Shown here: one piece after another, positions 1-10,310 of the stretch
Numbering within the stretch: position 1 is the stretch's first letter
Layout: each line of letters opens with the position of its first letter
Origin: Cetorhinus maximus
Lineage: Eukaryota
Reading direction: 5' to 3'
DNA: 64,000 bases
Assembly (NCBI RefSeq): GCF_964194155.1
Contig: NC_135887.1
Coordinates: forward strand, 11,718,001-11,782,000
The notes under the pieces: generated by a model
What the model was told of the DNA's origin: nothing
The model's database searches: none
Seen by the model: only the letters and a program-made list of their open reading frames with translations
Program-made: the position numbers and the translations under genes

Positions 1-1369
1 TTTATTGTTATAGACTATCCCATTTTCCCCCTGACAATAGATTACTGGCAATTAAGCTGCACATTATATCACAACTATTCAGCCTTATCAAATAATTACA
101 GGTTGGCGTATTGTTTTGAAAATATCATTTTTTCCCCTTAAGCTAGTACGATAACAGTAGAGAAATGTTCAAATGAACAGTGTTTTGGCTCTGTACCTGA
201 GTAGGGAGTGGACAGAGGAGGGTGACTGAAGCTATAATTTAAATAAATGAGACTGCCTTTCTAAACCAGTAAAATGGACACTGAGGGTTTATTTCAGTAA
301 ATTGCCTCCAAGTTACTTGCTTTCAGATGGTCATTGCTGTTATCAATATTTCCTATGTAAATATGGAGGAATCACCAAATTGCACAAAGTATATGGTGTA
401 AAATGATTCTCCAGATCACAAGACAATTACAGTTCGGGGAGGCCACTCTGCCCATCTTTTCAATCTATCCAGAATTGTTAATGTTGGAATTGTGCTGTAA
501 TAGGGTACATGCTTTAAGTTGGTAGTTAAGAGCAGCTGTTCCCAATTGGGGAAGTACTCGGGTTTCATTGCAAGGGTATAAAAAGGTGCTCACACTGGTT
601 GTTGGAAGCGTCTGTGTTTTTACTCTGCAGGCTTGGAAATAAACCAGTCTTAAGGTGCAGGCTGGCTTCAGACTCATTCTTTCCTCAGTATACGATTATT
701 AATATTAACAAGAATTACCCTAAAGTTCCCACTGCACCCCCCTCCAATTTGACTTCTAAACCATTCCTACCTTCATGGCCCTATCGAGGGTCAATTCCTT
801 ATGTGCATCACTGTCTGTGTGACAAAGCACTTCCTGGTGTCAGCCCCAAAACTGCATTTTACTAAATCTGTGTCCCTTCATCCTACTCTGGCAAGGGAGA
901 ACTGGATGTGTTTCTGGAGAAAGATGGGATTGAAGGATGTGGTGAGAAGGCAGCAAGATGTCTCAGGGATCAAGCAGAAAGGGACAGGTTCATTAGGTAA
1001 GTGACCTTTTCCTATATCTTTTTATGCTTTCTTTCATTGCTAAATACAGCATATGCAAACTAAACATAAAATTAAAATGAAAAATCTCCTGAATTTCTTT
1101 ATTTACCACATGCCAAACGGTTTACTATCCCCAGTATTGGAATTATGCATAGAAAGATCCCAGAGGTGGCAGTTTCCAAATGCCTGGGAGAAATTACTTG
1201 GCTTATCCATAAGAAATGTGAATTCTACATTACATTAACCTGAATGTATAAAATCACCTGGAGGTGGGACCACTTCAGTATAATATAACCAGAAACTAAG
1301 AGGGTTATTTTAGAGAATGGGTAAACTCTTCACCTGTATTTTTCTCACAGTCACATCATTTACAGCTCA

Positions 1370-1660
<291 letters not shown>

Positions 1661-1967
1661 TCATCAAATAAACATATTATATATAACTCAGTCATCCCCA
1701 TTGTCCTTAGGAAAACCACAACTTCCTTACAAGGGAACAAAAAACCTACAACAACCAAAAGCTGGGCACTATCGCATTTTAAAACATGTCTTTTAGCAAC
1801 TCACTTGTATTCATCCATGTACTTCTAAATAAACTGCTAGAACAACTAACTGTTTTATCCAAATTGCAGGGGATTGCACTAACTTGAACTTGTAATACAC
1901 TGAGATGAGGGCTCTCCCTTACTGTATTAGGGCTGCACACTGTGCCTCTCACCATTAGGTTAGTATT

Positions 1968-4884
1968 TCTTTTTTTAATCCATTCATGGGATTTGAGCTC
2001 TCTAGGCCAGCATTATTGCCCATATCTAATTGCCTTTGAGAATGTGGTGGTGAGCTGCCTTCTTGAACCACTGCAGGCTGTGTGGTGTAGGTACACCCAC
2101 AGTGCTGTTAGGGAGAGAGTTCTGGGATTTTGGTAAAGCCACAGTGATATAGTTTCAAGTCAGAATGATGTGTGACTTGGAGGGGAACTTGCAGGTGGTG
2201 GCGTTTCCATGCATCTGCTGCCTTTGTCCTTCTAAGTGGTAGAGGTTGCAGGTTTGGAAGGTGTTGTTGATGGAGCCTTGGTGAGTTGTTGCAGTGCATC
2301 TTGTAGATGGCGCACACTGCTGCCACTGTGCGTCAGTGGTGGACGGAATGAATGTTTATGGTTGTGGATGGGATGCCAATTAAGTGGACTGTTTTTTTTC
2401 CTGGACGGTGTTGAGCTTCTTGAGTGTTGTTGGAGCTGCATTCATCCAGGCAAGTGAAGAGTATCTCATCACATTCCTGACTTGTGCCTTGTAGATGGTG
2501 GAAATGTTTGAAAGAGTCAAGAGGTGAATGACTCACCAGTGATTATCCAACCTGTGACCTTATCTCCTAGCAATAGTATTTATGTGGCTGATCTAGTTAT
2601 GTTTCTGATCAATGGTGACATCTAAGATGTTAATGGTGGGGGATTGGGTGATAGTAAATGCCATTGAATATCAAGGGGAGGTGGTTAAGACTTTCTTTCA
2701 TTGGAGATGGTCATTGTCTGGCACTTGTGTGGCACAAATGTTACTTGCCACATATCAGCCCAAGCTTGAATGTTATCTAGGTCTTACTGCATACAAGTAA
2801 AGACTGCTTTCATTTCTGAGGAATTGCAAATTGAGCTGAAAACTGTGCAATCATCAGCGAACATCCCCACTTCTGATCTTATGATGGAGGGAAGGTGATT
2901 GATGAACTAGTCTAAGATTATTGAACCTAAGGCACTACCCTGAGGAACTCCTGCAATTACCATGTCGGCTTTTGTTCTAAGTATGACTCCTGGCAGTGGA
3001 AAATTTTCCCCAATTCCCATTGACTACAGTTTTTCTGTGGCTCCTTGATGCCACAGTCAAATGTTGTTTCATTTCAAGGGCAGTCACTCTCAGCTTACCT
3101 CTGAAATTCAGCTCTTTTGTCCAGGTTTGGATCAATGCTGCAATGAGGTCAGGCGCTGAGTGGCCTCGGCGGAACCCACACTGAGCATCAGTGAGGAGGT
3201 TATTGGTGGGTAAGTGCCCCTTCAAAGCACATGCAATGACACTTTCCACAACTATGCTGATGATTGAGAGTAGACTGATGGAGCGGCAATGGCCAAATTG
3301 GATTTGTCCTGCTTTTGGTGGACATGACATGCCTGAGGAATTTCCCACTTTGCTGGGTCGATGCCAATGTTGTAGCTGTACTGGAACAGCTCAGCTAGAG
3401 GTGCACTTAGCTCTGGAGCACAAGTCTTCGGCAATGCAGCCGGAATGTTGTCAGGCTCCGAGCCTTTGCTGTATCCAGTTTGCTGAGCAATTTCTTGATA
3501 TCATGCGGAGTGCATCGAATTGTCTGAAGACTGGCTTCCGTAATGCGGGGATCTCAGGAGAATGCTGAGATGGATCATCCACTCAGCACGTCTGGCTGAA
3601 TTTGCAAACACTTGAGCCTCGTCTTTTGCTCTCATGGCTGGATTCCAGATCTCGGATCTGTTCCACTGGTCATGTGATAATTTAGCTTTGTCTTTAGCAT
3701 GATGCTTTTGTTGGTTAATGTGCTGTAAAAGCTGCACCAGGTTGGCACCTCATTTTTAGGTTTGCCTGGTGCTGCTCCTGGCATGCTCGCCTGCACTCCT
3801 CATTGATGTAATGGTAGAGTGAAGAATATACCAGGCCATGAGGGTACAGATTCTGATGGAATACAATTCTGCTGCGGATGAGGGACTGTAGTGCCTAATG
3901 GATGCCCAGTTCTGAGTTGTTCTGAATCTATTCCATTTTGCACAGTGGTAGGGCCACACAACACAATGGAGGACATCCTCAATGTGAAATTGGGACTTCA
4001 TCTCCACAAGGACTGTGGAGTATTCACTCCCACCAAGGCTGTCATGGACAGATGTATCTGTGGCAGGTAGTTTGGTGAGGACCAGGTTAAGTAGGCTTTT
4101 CCCTTGTATTGTTGCTCTCACCCCCTGCTGCAGACCCAGTCTAGCAGTCATGTCCTTTAGGACATGGCCAACTCGGTCAGTAGTGGTGCTACTGAGCCAT
4201 TCTTGGTGATGGACATTGAAATCCCCACCCAGAGAACATTCTGTACCCTTGTTACCCTCAGTGCCTTCCAAAAGGTGTACAGCACAGAGGAGTACTGATT
4301 CAGCAGCTGAGGAAGGGCAGTGGGTGGTCATCAGTAGGAGGCTTCTTTGCTCTAATTTGACCTGATGCTGTGAAACTTTGAGTCCAGAGTCGATGTTGAG
4401 GACTCTCAGAGTTACTCCCTCCCGACTGTACACCACTGTGCTGCCACCTCTGGTGGGTCTGTCCTGCCATTGGGACAGGACATGCCCAGGAGTAGTGATG
4501 GAGGAGTCTGGAACATTGACTGAAAGGTGTGATTTGAAGAGTATGACCATGAGAGGCTGTTGCTTGATTAGCCTGTGGAGGGGCAGCTCTCCCAATTTTG
4601 ACACAGGTCCCCAGATGTTAGGGAGGTGGACTCTGCAGGGTCGGCTGGGCTGCTTGTGCCTTTGCCTTTGAATCCAATGCCAAGGTGGTCTTTCCCTTAT
4701 TATACTTTGTTGTGGAGTTTGATACAACTGAGCAGCTCCCTAGACCATTTCAGGGCACGGTTAAGGGTGAGCCATGTTGCTGTGGGTCTGGGGTCACATC
4801 CAGGCCAGATGGGGTAAAAGGGGGGGGGGGGGGGGGCAATTTTTATCCCCAAATGGACAGTAATGAACCAGGTGGTCTTGACGA
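1968..4884 (-). mobile_element. Degenerate near-full-length CR1-group (Zenon-like) LINE with APE endonuclease and reverse transcriptase
   Basis: ORF 3756-4727 has LGGDFNVHHQEWLSSTTTDRVG and LLNLVLT (endonuclease). ORFs 2977-3434 have CAPELSAPLAELFQ, ISLLSIIS and LLTDAQCGFRRGHSAPDL (RT). The 3' tail is at about 1968-2040. Many frameshifts. Confidence 0.88.
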
Positions 4885-4995
4885 CCCTTCTTCAGCTCTG
4901 AAGAAGTCACGGGGGACTCGAAACATTAACTCTGTTATTCTCTCTCCACCGATGCTGCCAGACCTGCTGCGTTTTTCCAGCACTTTCCGCTTTAG
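4880..4995 (+). mobile_element. Penelope-type terminal repeat fragment with a degenerate hammerhead motif
   Basis: CTGAAGA-AGTC..GACT-CGAAAC-ATTAACTC followed by ...GATGCTGCCAGACCTGCTG, homologous to 21300-21450 and 22315-22690. Confidence 0.75.
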
Positions 4996-5360
4996 AATAG
5001 AACCATGGAACCATAGAACACTACAGCACAGAAAACAGGCCATTCGGCCCTTCTAGTCTGTGCCGAAATATTATTCCGCTAGTCCCATTGACCTGCACCC
5101 AGTCCATAACCCTCCAGACCTCTCCCATCCATGTATCTATCCAATTTATTCTTAAAACTTAAGAGTGAGCCCGCATTTACCACGTCAGATGGTAGCTCGT
5201 TCCACACTCTCACCACTCTCTGAGTGAAGAAGTTCCCCCTAAACCTTTCCCCTTTCACCCTAAAGCCGTGAAAACCATAGAAAAGTTACAGCACAGAAGG
5301 AGGTCATTCGGCCCATCTTGTCCATGCCAGCCCGAGGACACCCAGGTGCCCTTTCTAATT
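4995..5360 (-). mobile_element. Two CR1 LINE 3'-tail fragments
   Basis: Short terminal repeats followed by ACAGCACAGAA..GGCCATTCGGCCC (reverse of the CR1 3' stem-loop) at about 4995 and 5270. Confidence 0.8.
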
Positions 5361-8040
5361 ATTGGGTTTAAGGACGAGGTGGCGGGATGAAAAGTTTCGA
5401 TGTTCACTGTCCATCTCGCAGCGCCCGGCCGGGTGACCAGCCCGGATTCGGGTGGATTTTCACCCAGTGAAGTGGCCCCCCGCTGACCCCAGCACAGACC
5501 ATGAAACATCCCCGACCAGTTACTAACCCCAGAAAGCGCAAGAGAGAAAATAAAAAATCCCGACCATTCATTTTCGGTTCGGTGGGGTTCATTTTTTGGG
5601 TTAATTGGCGTTGATTTTTTTGAAAGATGACACACGTTGTCTACCTTGATCGCCAAGCCAGAGATTCATTTAAACCCACCCCAGCCCCTCCCTGACACAA
5701 ATAAACTGCGGTCCGGAGTCCACCCTCACTGCCCATTGCACTGAGTGGTGGGGGGGGCTGAGGGGGGCTGAATGTGGGCCCGGGGAGGGTGGGGGGGACA
5801 GGCAGCCCCCAGTTCCCTCGGGACCTTATTGATTTTTGTCCCTATTTACAGATCTCAGAGTCCCAGCCTGTGGGGGTGGGAGGAGCGGTGCACATTTGGA
5901 AAAAGCGGCTGATTTGTTCATTTCATCCTAGCCGGAAATTTCATGGAAATTTGGAATCCACAGTTAAACTGTAGCGGATTATATATATATATATATATAT
6001 TTCCAAAATAAGAATTGTCAGGTTGGTGATATTCCCATATATTTTGAAATGATTCAAACGTGTGTGTGTGTGTGTGTGTGTGATTGACCTGAAATCATCC
6101 TAGGGTGTGTGGGAGTGCAATAGGCAATTTCCACCCCGTTTGTTAACTTATCCTATTCTCTACGGTGCTATTTATTCGCTATGTAATTTTTTTTTTCCCC
6201 ACCCTTCTCTCTCTGAATTATGAAACAACAAATGGTTTATCTGATGACTGGCGGGCCCCCCTCTCGTTAAGACCATACGAACGAGTGACAACATTTCGTT
6301 TCGGTTTGGGTTAATTCAAACGTTTGGAGTCGTTTATAATTTTTTCTGAAAAGAGAGAGAGAGAGAGGGAGAGAAGAAAAATATATAGCCGTTTGCAAGA
6401 TGCGCTGAAGTCGGAATTAAAAACATTTTCCTGTTTACCCTTTTGCTCCAGGAACATTATCACCGATTGGATTCCTGTCCCGTGGTAACATGTTTGAATT
6501 GAACCCTTTCTTGGCGTCGCTCGTGAAGCAGAAGTGAAACGAATATTAAGGAGGCAGATAAACAACGGTCCAAAAAAAAATAATAATAATTCAGGTAGGA
6601 AATGCGGCAACAATCCGCCCAGCCCTTTAAACGTGCTGTAAGTGGAAAGACAGCACTGAGTTGTTGTATAAAAAACAAGGAGGGAGAGACGATGTGTGTC
6701 CTCTGGTTCGCTCCAGACTCATGGGCGGTTTTTTTTCCTAAATCGAATTTTACACATTGTACACTGTTCCCTTCAAATCTGATTGTCGATTGTAATTTTT
6801 TACATCATATTTAGTCAGTTATCACCGTCTCCCAACCCAAACACAAACACACACACACACATGTTTGTCTAGGGCATTGCCCGCATTTGGATTCAAGTCC
6901 CTTTTACAACTCTGCTTTGCCAATGAGTAACCAAGTTAGCCATTCACCTTCTAATCAAAGTGTGTTCCACTTTTCTGTTCATTCGGGGTTGATGATTTAT
7001 AATAAATTAATAGCACTCTGCAGAAACGTCAGCTCCACGTGTTCTACAAGCTTGGGTCAGATTTATATTTACAAACTGTTACAAGGGCGGCTGAAACAAA
7101 AGCTGCAAGAGACACCCTTCGCCTGCCTTCTCAAATAAACAACACAGGAGGCGATTTAAAATTTAACACATTTCGAAGATTGGCGGAGTTGCTGTTGGGC
7201 TTTTTAAAACGTATTTCAACGCGTATTGGAAATGTTTAAATCTAAATAATTCTATATATATTATATATACATATATATACATATATATATGTGTATGTGC
7301 GTATGTATAAAGTTATTGTTCCATACACACAGTCAACTTTCCCTTGCTACAGACTATGGTGAATGGGGAAAATGCACTGATTTTCACTGTTACAATATTA
7401 CATTCAGCTTCCTCCGGATCAATTTGGGTTCCAAAGCTGAACGAATGGGCACAATTTCTCACTCTGTTCTCGGGACACAGAGGGACCTGGGCCCGGGCGG
7501 AGGCTGCACGGGTTTTTATTTTCTAACACTCAGTGTCCGCTCCACGGTCCCCTGCCTCCTGTCCATGTCCCTCTTTCAGTAACTGAGTCAAAAGCTTAGG
7601 ATTTATGGGCGATTTAAAACAATGGCTTGGAAATAAAGCGAACCAGTTTTAAATTGCCAAAAGGAACACTTGTAACAGACGCCTCCAGCCAGGACAGCGG
7701 TTCGCTGCAAGTGTATAGGTTCCACCAACGCCTGTGCTCTTCCTCACATAAGAGTGCAACTTTCTAGGGGCTTAACGTTCGCTCTTCTGTCAATTTAACT
7801 GCTGTGTTTTCAGATGTTAAAGGATCAGCCGAACTTCAAATAAAATTAATTTCTGCTTCAAGTTATTAGGCAGTTCAACTGTCAGAACGTGTTTATCATC
7901 CATTAATTTAATGTTACCTAGAACATGAAACATCCCCCAGCGAACCGAATCACGTAACTTTAAGGAGTTTTTATGGTTAAGTTATGTGTCAGCTTTAAAA
8001 GAGGGCAACTCTTTTAAAGGGCAAACCTTGTGTCTCCTTG

Positions 8041-8851
8041 ATGATTATTTCAGTAGGTACAATATATTTCAATTATTACTGTGATGATTTCAGGAGGTAC
8101 AGTATACTTCAATTATTACTGTGATTATTTCAGGAGGTACAGTATACTTCAGTTATTACTGTGATTATTTCGGGAGGTACAGTATACTTCAGTTATTACT
8201 GTGATTATTTCATGAGGTACAGTATACTTCAATTATTACTGTTATTATTTCAGGAGGTACAGTATACTTCAGCTATTACTGTGATTATTTCAGGAGGTAC
8301 AGTATACTTCAGCTATTACTGTGATTATTTCAGGAGGTACAGTATACTTCAATTATTATTGTTATTATTTCGAGAGGTACAGTATACTTTAATTATTACT
8401 GTGATTATTTCGGTAGGTACAGTATACTTCAATTATTACTGTTATTATTTCAGGAGGTACAGTATACTTCAATTATTACTGCGATTATTTCAGGAGGTAC
8501 AGTATACTTCAATTATTACTGTGATTATTTCAGGAGGTACAGTATACTTCAATTATTACTGTGATTATTTCAGGAGGTACAGTATACTTCAATTATTACT
8601 GTGATTATTTCAGGAGGTACAGTATACTTCAATTATTACTGTGATTATTTCAGGAGGTACAGTATACTTCAATTATTACTGTGATTATTTCAGGAGGTAC
8701 AGTATACTTCAATTATTACTGTGATTATTTCAGGAGGTACAGTATACTTCAATTATTACTGTGATTATTTCAGGAGGTACAGTATACTTCAGCTATTACT
8801 GTGATTATTTCAGGAGGTACAGTATACTTCAGCTATTACTGTGATTATTTC
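8041..8851. repeat. 40-bp minisatellite, about 20.3 copies
   Basis: Unit GTGATTATTTCAGGAGGTACAGTATACTTCAATTATTACT repeats in exact 40-bp register from 8041 to 8840, plus an 11-bp partial unit. There are no spacers. Confidence 0.98.
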
Positions 8852-9433
8852 TGCCCAATTTATAGACCCATGCAGCGCTCAGTTGCGAAAGAGCTTCTGG
8901 CTAAATGGGACAGGGTGTATAGTGCAGGTGAAACTGGCAAAATGACAGTGTGAAACTGACAACGTGCGCAGTTACCGCTCCCCGGTCAGTAAAAACCTGA
9001 CACAGACAAAAAACCCACCAAGATCACTGCCTCATCCCGTCCGCCTGGAGTCCTGGGCAGCAGCGACCTCGCTTCGGAAATGTATTTCTACATCAAATAT
9101 ACAGCAGGAAAGAAACGCTTTGAGAATAGCCGGGGCATTTCGTTCACCACCGCACAGCTCTTGCGCGTTGCATTTAGTTTATATCCCCCCCCCACCCTCC
9201 TCCCCTCCTCTCCCCGATTAAGAAATAAACAGTAAACTATTTGGGTAATTAATAACTCAGCCCACAGGCAGTGAGGGATCTTTACGCCCCTACGGGGTTT
9301 TTTTTTTACAAAAAATTGGACAAGATGACCGCTCACTGCATCAGGCGGTGAGTTTGTGTTAAATCATCATCATCATTATTACTATTATTACTATTATTAT
9401 TATTGAATAAGAATAATTCTGGAGAGGGGTTAC

Positions 9434-9783
9434 CTCAGCATTCTGTCCACCTCAGCCCTCTGCTCGGCCCCTTCCTCGGTATTGAGGGACTCCAGCTCCT
9501 TGAGGATCGGGGGCGTATCGTAGTCCTCGCCGTCCTCGGAGCCCTCGTCCTCGGAGAGCTTGCCCTTGCTGTGCCCGTTGGTCAGGGTGTGGAAGACGGC
9601 TTTGCTGTCCGAGCCGGAGCCGTTCATCTTCAGTGGGGAGACGGGCAGGTTCTCCAGCTTCACCTCGAAATTGGGAGAGGGCTCCAACTCTTCCAGAGCC
9701 TGAATCAGGACATCTTTAGATAGCCCAGAACCCAACAAAGCGCTCAACAGCTCCTGTTGGAGAGATGTCAATTTGGACACCAT
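9434..9783 (-). CDS. HNF1B: HNF1B (vHNF1/TCF2) coding exon 1: dimerisation domain and start of the POU-specific domain
   Basis: Translation [33 protein letters not shown]...[35 protein letters not shown]...[11 protein letters not shown] matches the HNF1B N-terminus ([13 protein letters not shown] rather than HNF1A MVSKLSQLQ). ATG context is AAT-ATG-G. The donor is AG|GTAACC at 9434/9433; 350 nt, phase 2. Confidence 0.97.
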
Positions 9784-10029
9784 ATTTTAAATAGACCAAA
9801 CTTTTTTTTTTAAATTAAAAAAAAAGAAAATATATATAAACGCAAAACAGACCAATCGGATCCTTTGTGACCGCTCGTCTCTCTCTCTCTACCCCCCCCT
9901 CCTCCTCCTCTCTCCCTTTCCCCCACCCCACCCCCCAGTGGTGCATCAAAAAAAGAAATAATATTTAAGAAGGAAAAACAGAAAATTAACAATCCGGAGA
10001 AGCCCGTATTCCCTGCCAGGCGCCGTTCG

Positions 10030-10310
10030 CTCTACGGTGCCATGATCTTTGGGAAGAAATATAAGAATATGCAAATCGGCGGGAAGTCTTTCGCAGGACG
10101 GGGGGAAAAAAAAAAGGTCTTAGTAATATGCAAATACAGACTGGCTGCGAGAGAGTGCGTTGGAGGAGCCGGGACAATGTGAACTGCGGCTCATTGTGTT
10201 TACATTTGAGACTGGCGCATTTTATTGGGCGCTATTTATCGCTCCGCACCTACAAAACTCTGAACTTTGGACCAGCGATGCACAAAAGTCCAGAGTCTGC
10301 TAAAGTACCA
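10030..10310 (-). promoter_or_regulatory. HNF1B: HNF1B proximal promoter with two octamers, DR1, CCAAT and FOX/SOX motifs
   Basis: ATGCAAAT at 10069-10076 and 10128-10135. TGAACTTTGGACC (GGTCCAAAGTTCA, an HNF4/COUP-TF-type DR1) at 10261-10273. ATTGG at 10224-10228 and TGTTTAC at 10197-10203. CpG-rich and 250-500 bp upstream of the ATG. An octamer plus DR1 is the described architecture of the rodent vHNF1 promoter. Confidence 0.8.
10032..10043 (-). other. Upstream micro-ORF Met-Ala-Pro-stop in the putative HNF1B leader
   Basis: The minus strand reads GATC ATG GCA CCG TAG, with A at -3 and G at +4. Whether it is transcribed depends on the unknown TSS. Confidence 0.55.

Noticed and set aside
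4893-4934. Active hammerhead inside HNF1B intron 1
   Set aside because: It is antisense to HNF1B, with a 2-nt stem II loss and a mutated stem III palindrome (AACATT), so it is probably inactive.
8041-8851. CRISPR-like array, or the 147-aa ORF at 8161-8604
   Set aside because: Units are contiguous with no unique spacers, the context is eukaryotic with no cas genes, and the ORF is a repeat artefact.
9403-9723. Plus-strand 106-aa ORF (and 1382-1828)
   Set aside because: Antisense shadows of HNF1B exons.
9434-9783. HNF1A assignment
   Set aside because: Diagnostic residues ([40 protein letters not shown]) are HNF1B-type.
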